A DNA stretch of 64,000 nucleotides from an uncultured Actinomycetes bacterium (GTDB taxonomy: Bacteria > Actinomycetota > UBA4738 > HRBIN12), in NCBI GenBank assembly GCA_963704725.1, contig OY969934.1:800001-864000 (forward strand), given 5' to 3'. Shown here in pieces: positions 39,247 through 49,219 of this stretch (within the stretch, counting starts at the first letter, position 1; each line of letters opens with the position of its first letter). The translations under genes were made by a program, and so were the position numbers. The notes under the pieces were generated by a model. That model was not told the origin of the DNA. It did not search any database and was given only the letters and a program-made list of their open reading frames with translations.

Positions 39247-39627
39247 TCAATCCGGCCCTTCGACGTTGATCGTGGACTCCCCGCGACCGGCGCGGACTCC
39301 GACCAGATCGGCGGGCTCCGTGGCGGGATTGCTCTCTCGGTGCACCACGCCCTTCGGCACGTAGACAAAGTCGCCTGGACCGGCCTCAACGGTATTCGAG
39401 CCACCCGGACCGAACTCCATGTGCAGCGCACCGGCCAGGACGTAGATCATGGTCTCGTACTCGCCGTGATGGTGCCAGCCCGACACCATGCCGGCCACAG
39501 TGCGAACCAACCCGGCCCACAGTTCGTCCGTAGCGAAGGCCTGCTGCCGATCCATCCCCGGCGTTGGCGGCCCCTTTGTCCTTTCGTCCGGACGAACGAC
39601 CCGGATCTGGGCTTGCCTCAAGTCCAT
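39247..39627 (-). CDS. Cupin domain protein
   Basis: SGWHHHGEYET ... PGDFVYVPKGVVHRESNP. Confidence 0.88.
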   Translation of the reverse strand: MDLRQAQIRVVRPDERTKGPPTPGMDRQQAFATDELWAGLVRTVAGMVSGWHHHGEYETMIYVLAGALHMEFGPGGSNTVEAGPGDFVYVPKGVVHRESNPATEPADLVGVRAGRGESTINVEGPD

Positions 39628-39833
39628 GCGGACCTCCCCTCGGGTGCCGAACTCACATTTGACTCTCCCTCCGGGCGGCGGTTCGCGCAACCGTCCCTCA
39701 AGCCCATCCGCCACCGGTCGCGGCCCGCGCGGCTTGATGCCCTATTGGCCTGCTCCCCCTGAACGAATCCACCTGATATGAGAGTCACGACCGCCCCGCA
39801 GGGGCAGGAGGTGACTCTTGAAGGGACGACGTC

Positions 39834-40476
39834 TGAACCGCCCTGGGTTCCGTAGAGACCTTCAGGCTTGGATTCGCTCCTCGATCTCCGAAGCGTAGAA
39901 CACCTCCTCGAACTCCGCCGGCGGGACGTGGCCGATCTCTCCGTGCAGCCTTCGGAAGTTGAACCAGTCGATGTACTCAAGCGTGGCGATCTCGACCTGA
40001 TCGGGGCTCGGCCAGGGCCCACGGCGGCGGATCAGCTCGGTCTTGTAGAGCCCGATCGCCGACTCGGCCATGGCGTTGTCGAAGGAGTCGCCCACGGAGC
40101 CGACCGAGGGGACGATGCCGTGCTCTGCCAGGCGCTCGGAGTAGGCCACCGATACGTATTGACCTCCGGCGTCGGAGTGATGAACGAGACCCTCGACGGA
40201 GACCCCTCGACGCCACACCGCCATCTCGAGCGCCTCGGTGGCGAGTGAGGTCCGAAGGTGCGTGGCGATCGACCAGCCGACGATCATGCGGGAGAAGACG
40301 TCCTGCACGAACGCCACGTAGCAGAACCCGGACCAGGTACGGACGTAGGTGATGTCCGCGAGCCACAGCGCGTTGGGCCGAGCTGCCGTGAAGTCCCGCT
40401 CCACGAGATCCGGCGGTCGGGCTGCCTTCTCGTCGCGACGGGTGGTGAACGTCTTCTTCCCTCGCCGGACTCCGTC
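39834..40476 (-). mobile_element. Truncated IS3-family element (3' part of orfB plus right IR)
   Basis: IR tgaaccgccctgggtt at 39834; integrase core WLADITY...HHSDAG...DNAMAES; cut at ~40476 by the second copy. Confidence 0.9.
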
Positions 40477-40530
40477 TGAACCGCCCTGGGTTTGATGGAG
40501 ACTCCGAACCTTGGAAACGGAGGAGGATCC

Positions 40531-40863
40531 ATGGCCCAGCAGAAGCACCCGTCGTCCAGGCGGTACCCGCCTGAGGTGAAGGATCGAGCGGTCCAGCTCG
40601 TCCTCACCACGATGCAGCAAAGCGGTGAGCGTCACGGCGTCGTCACGCGGATCGCCCGCAAGCTCGACATCGGCCCGGAGACGCTCCGCAACTGGGTCCG
40701 CCAGGCCGAGATCGACAACGGGACGCGACCAGGCCTCAGCACCGACGAGCGTGCCCGGATCGCCGAGCTCGAGAAGGAGAACCGCGAGCTCCGCCGCGCC
40801 AACCAGATCCTGAAGGAGGCGAGCGTGTTTTTCGCCCAGGAGCTCGATCGGCCCCGGAGATGA
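40531..40863 (+). CDS. IS3 transposase OrfA
   Basis: RYPPEVKDRAV, HTH ETLRNWVRQAE, leucine zipper ELEKENRELRRANQILK. Confidence 0.92.
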   Translation: MAQQKHPSSRRYPPEVKDRAVQLVLTTMQQSGERHGVVTRIARKLDIGPETLRNWVRQAEIDNGTRPGLSTDERARIAELEKENRELRRANQILKEASVFFAQELDRPRR

Positions 40864-41747
40864 CCCGCTTCATCGAGACCAGGCGGGATCGTTTCGAGGT
40901 CGAGCTCCTGTGCCGGACCCTGGGGGCATCGCCGTCGACCTACTACGCCCGCAGAAGCCGTCCCCCGTCGGCGAGAGCGATCACCGACGCCTGGCTGCAC
41001 GAGGAGATCGAACGGGTCTTCAAGGCCAACTACTCGGTCTACGGCGCCAGGAAGGTGTGGCACCAGCTGCACCGCGAAGGCATCGCGATCGGGCGCGACC
41101 GGGTGGCCCGCCTGATGCGCCAGGCTGGCCTGCACGGAGTCCGGCGAGGGAAGAAGACGTTCACCACCCGTCGCGACGAGAAGGCAGCCCGACCGCCGGA
41201 TCTCGTGGAGCGGGACTTCACGGCAGCTCGGCCCAACGCGCTGTGGCTCGCGGACATCACGTACGTCCGTACCTGGTCCGGGTTCTGCTACGTCGCCTTC
41301 GTCGAGGACGTCTTCTCCCGCATGATCGTTGGCTGGTCGATCGCCACGCACCTTCGGACCTCGCTCGCCACCGAGGCGCTCGAGATGGCCGTGTGGCGTC
41401 GAGGCGTGAGCGTGCAGGGGCTCATCCATCACAGCGATGCCGGCGGTCAATACACGTCCGTGGCCTACTCCGAACGGCTCGCCTCCCACGGGATCGCCCC
41501 CTCCGTCGGCTCCGTCGGAGACTCGTTTGACAACGCCATGGCCGAGTCGGCGATCGGCCTCTACAAGACCGAGCTGATCCGCCGCCGGGGGCCCTGGCCG
41601 AGCCCCGATCAGGTGGAGATCGCCACGCTCGAGTACATCGACTGGTTCAACTTCCGCAGGCTGCACGGCGAGATCGGCCACGTTCCGCCGGCGGAGTTTG
41701 AGGAGGTGTTCTACGCTTCGGAGATCGAGGAGCAAATCCAAGCCTGA
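40860..41747 (+). CDS. IS3 transposase OrfB (DDE integrase core)
   Basis: YGARKVW, WLADITY, HHSDAG, DNAMAES, RLHGEIG. Confidence 0.95.
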   Translation: MTRFIETRRDRFEVELLCRTLGASPSTYYARRSRPPSARAITDAWLHEEIERVFKANYSVYGARKVWHQLHREGIAIGRDRVARLMRQAGLHGVRRGKKTFTTRRDEKAARPPDLVERDFTAARPNALWLADITYVRTWSGFCYVAFVEDVFSRMIVGWSIATHLRTSLATEALEMAVWRRGVSVQGLIHHSDAGGQYTSVAYSERLASHGIAPSVGSVGDSFDNAMAESAIGLYKTELIRRRGPWPSPDQVEIATLEYIDWFNFRRLHGEIGHVPPAEFEEVFYASEIEEQIQA

Positions 41748-41955
41748 AACTCTCTACCGAACCCAGGGCGGTTCAATGCGCCCTCCGGGTGCGGACCACG
41801 ACCGGTACCGATCGAAGCTCCCGAACTTCGGACGACCGCACTTCTGGCACGTCAACGAGTGGGTCCAGGGCACGGTTCAAGAATCGCACAGCCATGGCGG
41901 CGCGCCGATGGGTTGTGGAACGATGGCCTTCGGGGCCAAGGGGGGGACTTCAGGC

Positions 41956-42612
41956 ATGCCCACACCAACACGTGACCCGTGGGAGCTGGCCTCGGGGATT
42001 AGTCGGCGGCTGCGGCGGGCGAATGTCCCAAGCCGCCCCCAAGCCGACCCCCTTCTCGCATGGGCCGCCTGGAACCTGAAGTCCGCCCAGCTCGGCTGGG
42101 ACGTGCTTGAGCGGGCGCGCCCAGGTGGCGACGACAACCTGACCGGCCATCCACTCTGGCTGGTGGAGTTGGCCGCGATGAACCTTGTCTTCCGAGGCGT
42201 CGTTTCGGCGATGGATCAGTGCGCGGCGGCTATCTTCAGGCTGACGGGGGAGCCGTATCGAGCAGACCGCGAGCACAGCGTCGGGTGGTGGTTCGACCCG
42301 GGGAGACATCAGCCGTGGGCTCTCGTACCTGCTCCCCTTGCAGAGTGGCTACGCGGGTTCGATGGCAGTAGGACGTGGGCGTTGGCGAAGGAAGTCCGCG
42401 ACGGGTTCACGCATCGCACTGTTCAGCGACGTGTCACGCTCGGTATCAGTGGCAGCGATCAGAGGGGGTTCGTTGAACTGGCGATCGGCGGCGTCCACTA
42501 CGAGACGGATGCCGTGATGCGGCGACTCCTCCCCTTCGGGAATCGCCGCTACTCCGCGTTCGAGCGAGCATTGACGCGTTCGTATCCGCTCCGCGGTGGA
42601 CGTACAAGCTGA
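41956..42612 (+). CDS. HEPN-domain protein (Cthe_2314-like)
   Basis: Helical; SAMDQCA then Rx4H motif RDGFTH. Confidence 0.55.
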   Translation: MPTPTRDPWELASGISRRLRRANVPSRPQADPLLAWAAWNLKSAQLGWDVLERARPGGDDNLTGHPLWLVELAAMNLVFRGVVSAMDQCAAAIFRLTGEPYRADREHSVGWWFDPGRHQPWALVPAPLAEWLRGFDGSRTWALAKEVRDGFTHRTVQRRVTLGISGSDQRGFVELAIGGVHYETDAVMRRLLPFGNRRYSAFERALTRSYPLRGGRTS

Positions 42613-42760
42613 GGCCGGTCCCCGGAGCGCGATCACCCCGACACGCAGGCGGGGCGCGCTTGCCCGCTGCCCCTTGCGGCGGGTTCCCCCATCTTCGAGG
42701 GGTGGGGATCGGCCCCCTAAGCACGAGCCCCGGGCTGCGCGTTTGCCCCCCGTCAGCGAA

Positions 42761-42774
42761 CGGACGTATGTTCG
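42761..42774. promoter_or_regulatory. Possible LexA (SOS) box
   Basis: cggac-gtat-gttcg, one mismatch to CGAAC-N4-GTTCG. Confidence 0.4.
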
Positions 42775-42838
42775 TAAGCAGGAGGTCCCACACCTAGCGG
42801 CCGGACGCCCAGGTCGCCCGGCGGGAAGGCGGTGTGGC

Positions 42839-43171
42839 ATGCGACCTCTTCACGACCAGTTGCCGGAAGGCTGGTGTCCCCTGCACGGGGAAGTTCCCGG
42901 GGTAGTCGTCACCGACGATGCTCCATGCCCGCTCCCTCACACGGTGGCGGTGTGCCCTGTCTGCTCCGTGGCGTGGGCCGCGCCCGACGCCGCGACGACG
43001 GTGTTCTGCGTGGTTGCGTGGCACGTCATCGAGGCGCACCCGGAATCGCCGCAGGCGGCGGACATCCGCACCTTCTCAGAGGAGCAGACCGGGTCTGCGA
43101 ACCCGAACGACTGGTGTCACCACGACCCCGCAGCGCATCGCCACGTCGTCGTGATGGAGCCCGCCGAGTAG
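42839..43171 (+). CDS. Small Cys/His-rich hypothetical protein
   Basis: WCPLH, CPVC...HVIEAH (C2H2-like spacing). Confidence 0.5.
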   Translation: MRPLHDQLPEGWCPLHGEVPGVVVTDDAPCPLPHTVAVCPVCSVAWAAPDAATTVFCVVAWHVIEAHPESPQAADIRTFSEEQTGSANPNDWCHHDPAAHRHVVVMEPAE

Positions 43172-43200
43172 GCGCACCCGCGCCGAGGAGGTAGTCGTCC

Positions 43201-43434
43201 ATGCCCACGTCCACTTCGTCCACAGACGCCGCCCGCGAGTCACGGGTGCGTCGGCTCGCTCGTCGGCAGGGGTTCTTGCTTCGCAAGGATCGTGCGCGGT
43301 CGTTCAGCCTCAACCACCAGGGCGGGTTCATGGTCGTCGATTCGAACAGGAATGCCATCGTGGCGGGGGAGCGGTTCGACCTTGACCTCGGGGCTGTCGA
43401 GGCGTGGCTCGCGGAGGACGAATCGGCTGTCTAA
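43201..43434 (+). CDS. Small hypothetical protein of the kind seen in mobile elements
   Basis: RBS GAGGAGG; RVRRLARRQGFLLRK...GGFMVVD...AGERFDL. Confidence 0.7.
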   Translation: MPTSTSSTDAARESRVRRLARRQGFLLRKDRARSFSLNHQGGFMVVDSNRNAIVAGERFDLDLGAVEAWLAEDESAV

Positions 43435-43442
43435 TGGGGGGC

Positions 43443-44311
43443 CTACTGTTCAAGCTCGAAGGCGACCCCCATCTTGCTCATCATCTCGATGCAGACCGCC
43501 ACGTGGACGGCCATTCCTGCGTTGAGGAACTGCTGCTCGACGAAGCGGCGGCCCCCCTGGTTGACCTCAGGGCTGAAACCCAGTGGGTAGTGCATCGTGG
43601 TGCTCTGGATGCCCCACACGGTCCCGTTCACATCGAACAGCGGGCCCCCGCTTTGCCCCCGAAGGCCCGGACTGGACGTTTCGATGAACCTCACCGGCAC
43701 GTCGCCGCTTCGGTCTCCGATTGCCTCACGGGTGAAGATGCCTTCGATGGAGAACAACGGCGGGGGGACCGCGCCCGCCGGGAACCGGAAGGCTTTGGGC
43801 GTGGCCTGTTCGTCGTACACGGCGTCGATGACGTGGAACGGGTACCCGAGGCGACAGAGACTCCGCCCGGGCTTCATCGTCGTCGCCGGGTCCTTGAACC
43901 TGGGGAAACTGGGACGCCGGACATGTCCAAGCCGTTGAGCTTCACGACCGCGATGTCGGCGGCCTCGACCCGCGCCGCTTCTGACAAGCTGACACCATCC
44001 TGCCCCCACCAGTACGAGTAGTCCTTGACGGCGTCGGGCGCGGGCCGCAGTTTGCGCTTCCGTCGCGCTTTCCTTGGTGGTGGTGGGGTCGTGGTTGATG
44101 GGTGGCGTCGTTCGGCCGCCCGGACCCGCACGACCTCATCGCGAAGGGCCTCGTGAGGGGCCACGAGGTGCGACGCCGTGAGGACCCAACCTTCGGCGTT
44201 CACGATGACGAACGCCCCAAGACTGCACTCGACCTTACCGTCGACCCGGCATTGCGACAGCGCCACTGGTCGAGTGAACCCCGCCGCGACTTCCCAAGCT
44301 TTCGCGAACAT
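43443..44311 (-). CDS. Trypsin-like (S1) serine protease, frameshift at ~43910
   Basis: LTASH (His) and ADIAV (Asp) in 43874..44311; GQSGGP (Ser) in 43443..44009; no signal peptide. Confidence 0.8.
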
Positions 44312-44516
44312 CCCACCTCACCGCACCCTTCGACTGGGACCGGCGGGGAAGGCTGAGGCGCCGGTCGCTCGGCAACTGCCTCCACGGGGAAGCTAGCAGC
44401 GGGGAATGACACGCTTGAAACCCGCTATCGGGCCGCGCCCCACAGCCCGTCGAGGGTTCGGTGACCGTTTCGGTGACCGACCCCCCGTCAGGGGTCGCGG
44501 GAAGACCTGTTTTCGC

Positions 44517-44592
44517 TGGTGCCCCCGGCAGGAATCGAACCTGCGACACGCGGTTTAGGAAACCGCTGCTCTATCCACTGAGCTACGAGGGC
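44517..44592 (-). tRNA. tRNA-Arg (anticodon CCT)
   Basis: gccctcgtagctcagtggatagagcagcggtttcctaaaccgcgtgtcgcaggttcgattcctgccgggggcacca: cloverleaf, TTCGA T-loop, encoded CCA. Confidence 0.97.
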
Positions 44593-44598
44593 GGAGCT

Positions 44599-44620
44599 GG
44601 CAAGTAATGCGGCAAGTAAT
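44599..44620. repeat. 10-bp direct repeat abutting the tRNA 5' end
   Basis: ggcaagtaat at 44599-44608 and 44611-44620. Confidence 0.75.
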
Positions 44621-44649
44621 CCCAGCACCCGTCCGACTCGTCAACCGGT

Positions 44650-46242
44650 TCAGAGAGTCTGAGTGGTAGGGACCGGGCTTCCATCGACTCTCGGGGGCTC
44701 TGGAAGGGGCAGTGGGCGGAGTCCACCCAGGCTTGTTGAGCGGATCCGTCCGAGCTGGAAGCTTACGCAGCGAGATCCAAGCTGCTGCCTCGCCCGGACG
44801 CGAGCGAGGGTGATGGCGTTGACGAACGCGCTCGTAGCCGAGGAGGTCAACCATCTGGCCACGCCAGCCCTTGGCGGAAGCCTTCTTCTTCCACAGGGCC
44901 TCCTCGATGGAGTTGTTGATCGACTCCGAATCGGGGCGCAGCGCCCAGAGCCGCTCGAAGTCCTTGGAGCCCTCCGGGATGGCCCGGAGGTTCTCGGTGC
45001 GGTTCAGTCCCCGGCGGCCGTCCTCGCGCGTCGTGTCCAACCTGAGGCAGATCTCGATTCCGCCGTACTCCTCGGGGAGCCGGGAGAAGCCGTACCAGCG
45101 GTGCCGCTTCTTGGTCTTGTGCGGCTGGATGCGCGTGCAGGTGAGGGGCTCATAGTGCGGATCACCGGTGTCGGTCAGCGTCTTGACGCACGCCCACCCG
45201 TCCTTGGCGGCGATGTGGACGATCTCCTTGCTCCCGTCCGGCATCACCACGGTGATGTCGTCGATGTCGGCAGTCTTCGGGACGTACTCGCCCTTCTTGC
45301 GCCCCTTGCCCCGTTTCGGGTTCGCCTTCGCGTGAACCTGGACCACCGGAACCAGGCCGAGCACGGTGAGGATCTCCTGGAGGTGCTCACCCCGCAAGGC
45401 CATGTCCCAGACGACGGACTGCGCCCCCGGAGCGTACCGGCGGATGCGAGCCAGCAAGACGAGCGCCATGGCGGCCTCGTCGTTCTCGACGTGCTCGGCG
45501 CCGAGCATGAACCTGCCCTCGTCACAGCGGACGCTCGCGGTGGCGAAGTTGAGGCCCCAGACCCTATCCCCACCGCCCTCGACGTGCCAGGCGGCGTCGG
45601 GATCGAAGCGCACCTCCCGTCTTTCGCCCGTCTCCGGGTCGACCCTCTTGGTTCCGGGCTTCGCGCCGTAGAGCGCCTCGATCTTCTTCCCGTCGCCGAA
45701 GATCGATCGCGTGATCTCAGGATGGGTGGGGCTCCCGCCTCCTTCGGGGGCTCAAGAAGGCCCGCGGTCCGGGCTTGACGGACGGCGAACTCGGTGTGGA
45801 TCTCGAGCGAGCGCTCGATCGCGGCGTCCGTGGCGAGGTACCTGTCGCGCATATACGCATGCGCCTGTCTGGTCGGGGGCTTCCGGGGCAGCTCGGGGAG
45901 CTCGGGGTGGAGCCGCTTCATTTCGCGCCGGATGTACCTCCACCATCCGCCCTTCCTGAGCTCGCGCACCGCCATCGTGAGGGAGGGGAAGATCGCCCAC
46001 AGCTCCGGCATCAGCGTCCACACGAACTCGGGGTAGATCCGACTCCTGCCGACCGAACCGGCCGGCTTCGGCGGGATCACTTCGGCGGCCGCGAACTTGG
46101 CGTCGTCACGAAGAAGGACATCGATGCGCTCCCGGATTGAGAGTGCCCCGTCCTCGACCGGCAGGACGCGCGACTGGGGCTCGGGGCAAGCCCGCGGGGG
46201 CCGGCGTTGCCAGCGCCTGGCTCGGGAGGATGCCGCCCTCAT
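44650..46242 (-). CDS. DDE transposase-like protein (IS4/IS5/IS1380-type fold), frameshifts at ~45750 and ~44830; 3' end approximate
   Basis: Joined frames give IFGDGK (D1), VVWDMAL (D2), W-x2-R-x3-E-S-I-N (YREK-like E); ATGA overlap with the upstream gene. Confidence 0.65.
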
Positions 46243-47189
46243 CGGCCGTTACCCGCGCGCCAGTCGAACCCGATGAGCTTGACGGTCTCGTCCAGGGATC
46301 GCATGCCGAGCAGGAGGGCGACCTCGTGAAGGGGCGTGCCCTCATCGAGCGCCTTTCGGCCGGCCCACGAAACGATCGAGCGCGGCCTGATGCCGGGGGC
46401 AGTGAGTCCGGCAGCGCGTAGCGTCTCCTTGACGGCCTGGGCGCATGCGGCCCGCAGTGTGCGCGGCGTCGTGCGCCACACGATCAGTGATGCGTCGGGG
46501 TCGCTCACCGACCGGAGGCGCCGTTTCACCTGGATGAGTCCCCAGTCGGTCAGTTGGCCCCAGCGCGCATCGACGGTGGGCGATCCCGGAAGCCACACTC
46601 GCGCGAGCTCCACCTCGACGTCGCGCACGCGGACCCGGCCCATCTCGGAGGTCCGAGCGGTCGCCTCGCTCAGCGCCCAGGTGATCGAGCGGCGATGGTC
46701 GACGGGCGAAGGGACCGCCCGTGATTGCCCTCGCTCATGCTCCTCGTCCGTCAGTGGGCGGGTCAGCAGGACTCCGCGCTCGGGGACCGGGATCCCTAGC
46801 GTGGGATCGTGGTCCATCAGCCCGAGGCGGATCGCCTCCTGACTCATGGTGCGAAACGCGAAGAGCCGCGAGCGCTCGGTCAACTCAGTCGGCCTGCGGC
46901 CCTTAGAGGAGCGGGCCTCCATGCGAGCAAGGACGTGCTCGTTCGTGATGTCAGCCGGATCCGTGATGCCGCAGCCGTTTCGCAGGAACCGCGCGGATCG
47001 CTCCAGGTCATCTGCCCTGAATGCGGCCGTTTCCGACTTGTAGCGACCCGTCTCGAGCAGGCTCGTCAGCACGGCGCTGGCCACTTCTTCGACTGAAAGG
47101 CAGAGGTCGTGACCGCGTGAGGCGGTGGCGCCATCTGCGCCCGATTCCTGACCGTTTCGCCCTCGATCACTCTCGTGTCCGGATCCCAC
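46239..47189 (-). CDS. Tyrosine-recombinase-fold protein lacking HxxR and the catalytic Tyr
   Basis: SAM-like N-domain ending DHDPT; box I ATARTSE...RVRDV; box II IRPRSI...LLGMRSLDETVKLIG. Confidence 0.7.
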   Translation of the reverse strand: MGSGHESDRGRNGQESGADGATASRGHDLCLSVEEVASAVLTSLLETGRYKSETAAFRADDLERSARFLRNGCGITDPADITNEHVLARMEARSSKGRRPTELTERSRLFAFRTMSQEAIRLGLMDHDPTLGIPVPERGVLLTRPLTDEEHERGQSRAVPSPVDHRRSITWALSEATARTSEMGRVRVRDVEVELARVWLPGSPTVDARWGQLTDWGLIQVKRRLRSVSDPDASLIVWRTTPRTLRAACAQAVKETLRAAGLTAPGIRPRSIVSWAGRKALDEGTPLHEVALLLGMRSLDETVKLIGFDWRAGNGR

Positions 47190-47307
47190 CGCGCATGCCT
47201 CCTACTGCTGACGGCGGGTCTGAATCCACGGAAGGCACCACGGGCCGCGAATACACCATCGGTCGAGGAGGTTTCTTCGGCTCCTTGCGGGACGGGCTCT
47301 CGCGCGG

Positions 47308-48252
47308 TCATCGTTCGACTCGCTCGCGCAGGTCACGCGCGTCGCGCCAGTCCCAGCCGATGAACTCGGCCGTTCGGTCAAGGCTCCGGATGCCGAGCAT
47401 CGAGGCGATGCCATTGATTGGGACGCCCCCGGCGAACGCCCGCGCGCCCGCCCAGGCCGCGACCGAGGCCGGACGCACGTCCGGCTCGCGCGCGAGCCCG
47501 GCCCGGCGAAGCGTGGTCGCGATGGCGATAGAGGCCGACGACGTGGCGCTCACGCTGCTCCTGGCCGTGGCGCAGACGAGCGGGGTAGTTGGGTGAACGT
47601 CTCCGAGCGCACGCACTCGGCGCTCGAGTTGGACGGTTCCCCAGTCGGACACCACGCCCCACCTCGGGTCCGTCTTTGAGCTGCCGGCGATCCAGACACG
47701 GGCAGCGCCAAGGTCGAGGTCGCACACACGTACACGCGCGAGCTCGCCGCTCTTGGCTGTTGCCTCGGCGACCGCCCATGCGGCCGCCGCGCGCGTCTCG
47801 ACGAGCGTGTGGATCGAGTAGGAGCGACAGAGCGTCACCTCGTCGTCGGTCAACGGACGCGCGCGAAGCGAGGACCGGGGCGGAAGGACAATGTCCAGGG
47901 TCGGATCATGGTCGACGAGGCCCAGCCGACGGCCCTCGAGGAACTCCAGGCGCACGGCGGAGCGACGGAAGTGCATCGTCCCGACCGCGGGCGGTGTCCC
48001 CTTCTTCGACCTCGCTCTCACGAACCCCTCGGCGACGTCACGCGTCACCTCCGAGGCGAGGCCGATGCCGCACCCGCGCTCGGCATAGCTGGAGAACCTG
48101 CGCATCAGATCGGAGAGGCGATCGACGCTGTCGAGCGACAGCCCCCGTTCGGCCATCGCCGCCACGGCGGCGGCGTGTAGTTCGCGGAGTGTGGTCGGTG
48201 AGTCGGTATCACCTGAGGGAGTGGTCGCCTGGTGAGATCGAGCCGAGGACAC
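47308..48252 (-). CDS. Second, paralogous tyrosine-recombinase-fold protein, also degenerate
   Basis: DHDPT, RPLTDDE, ATAKSGE, VRPASV, MLGIRSLDRTAEFIGWDW; start uncertain. Confidence 0.7.
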   Translation of the reverse strand: MSSARSHQATTPSGDTDSPTTLRELHAAAVAAMAERGLSLDSVDRLSDLMRRFSSYAERGCGIGLASEVTRDVAEGFVRARSKKGTPPAVGTMHFRRSAVRLEFLEGRRLGLVDHDPTLDIVLPPRSSLRARPLTDDEVTLCRSYSIHTLVETRAAAAWAVAEATAKSGELARVRVCDLDLGAARVWIAGSSKTDPRWGVVSDWGTVQLERRVRALGDVHPTTPLVCATARSSVSATSSASIAIATTLRRAGLAREPDVRPASVAAWAGARAFAGGVPINGIASMLGIRSLDRTAEFIGWDWRDARDLRERVER

Positions 48253-48258
48253 GGCGGG

Positions 48259-49068
48259 CTACCCCCTTCGAGGGCGCACGGGCGGCAGGTTGGCCTCGGT
48301 CGGATCGACCACGAGCTCAAGATGAGGATGCGGCTTGCGTCGACGTCCGCTCGGCGGAACAGGTTCTTCGCCCTCAGATCCGAGCCACGTTCCGAGGATC
48401 GCCGTCACGCCGTCGGCCAAATACGAACAGAAGGAGCAGGCGGCCGTTGCCTCTGGAGGCGTGGGGCGATCGAGCAGATCGGCAACGCTGCCCAGGAAGG
48501 CCATGAACTCGCCGTCGCGGCGCGTGACCTCGATCCAGTGCGTCTCGCCCCGGTAGGCGGCTCCTCCGCGGGTCGCCGTCATCCGAGTGGGCTCGAAGCA
48601 TAGGAGACCGAGCCGGGTGACGGGCTTCAGCATCAGGCTCCCGGGAGCAGGCGTCTCTGCTGCAAGCGCATAGGCGTGGAGCTGCCGCCCATACAGAGCT
48701 GCATGGTGCGGTTTGGGGACGGTCGTCTTGTAGTCGACGATCGCGAAGGAGCCGTCGTCGAACCCGATCGCCGAGTCGATTCGACCGACGATGAACAAGC
48801 GGCGGTCGTGCCCGGGGACGTGGATCGGCATCGAGCGAAGCCGCCGGTCGCCGTGGACGATCCGTCCCGGCGGCAGGTCCGGCGAGATCCGCTCGCTCCG
48901 CTTGCCATCGAAGAACGCCTTGGCCTGCAGATCCAGCAGGGTGAAGACCCTCGGGAAAGGCGTCCTCGGGCGCGGGAAGTTCCCCGCCACCTTCAGCCAG
49001 AAGCAGCGAGGGCACTCCTCGAACAGGAACGTGAGGTCGGACGGGCTCAGCTTCCAGGCTGCGCCCAC
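48259..49068 (-). CDS. PD-(D/E)XK nuclease, Cas4/RecB-like
   Basis: LSPS...CPRC, GRID, VDYKT, QLHAY, CSFC. Confidence 0.85.
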   Translation of the reverse strand: MGAAWKLSPSDLTFLFEECPRCFWLKVAGNFPRPRTPFPRVFTLLDLQAKAFFDGKRSERISPDLPPGRIVHGDRRLRSMPIHVPGHDRRLFIVGRIDSAIGFDDGSFAIVDYKTTVPKPHHAALYGRQLHAYALAAETPAPGSLMLKPVTRLGLLCFEPTRMTATRGGAAYRGETHWIEVTRRDGEFMAFLGSVADLLDRPTPPEATAACSFCSYLADGVTAILGTWLGSEGEEPVPPSGRRRKPHPHLELVVDPTEANLPPVRPRRG

Positions 49069-49152
49069 ATGTAGGCTAGACACGTCGGGACCCCCAATCC
49101 GGGCTCCGGCCAAGCCCCGGGGCGTTCCACCGCCGCCGGGGCTCTGCCTTAT

Positions 49153-49200
49153 CCGTTGACAGGCGCAATAATAACCAAAAACAATAGCGTGCGTCAATGG
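49153..49200. promoter_or_regulatory. Overlapping divergent promoters in an AT-rich patch
   Basis: TTGACA 49156 (+) and TTGACG 49197 (-) form an imperfect inverted repeat around aataataaccaaaaacaata. Confidence 0.55.
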
Positions 49201-49219
49201 TTGCGGTAGGATTCCGCCT

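Larger units (their letters stand above)
40477..41775 (+). mobile_element. Complete IS3-family insertion sequence (~1.3 kb)
   Basis: Terminal IRs tgaaccgccctgggtt...aacccagggcggttca with TG..CA ends; orfA and orfB; no target duplication seen. Confidence 0.95.

Noticed and set aside
39781-39818. Hairpin agagtcac...gtgactct as an integron attC or REP element
   Set aside because: Single copy, lacks RYYYAAC/GTTRRRY ends, no integron integrase
46239-48252. Calling the pair XerC/XerD or a RIT element
   Set aside because: Catalytic HxxR, His and Tyr are absent, only two Int-like genes are present, and the third gene is DDE-like
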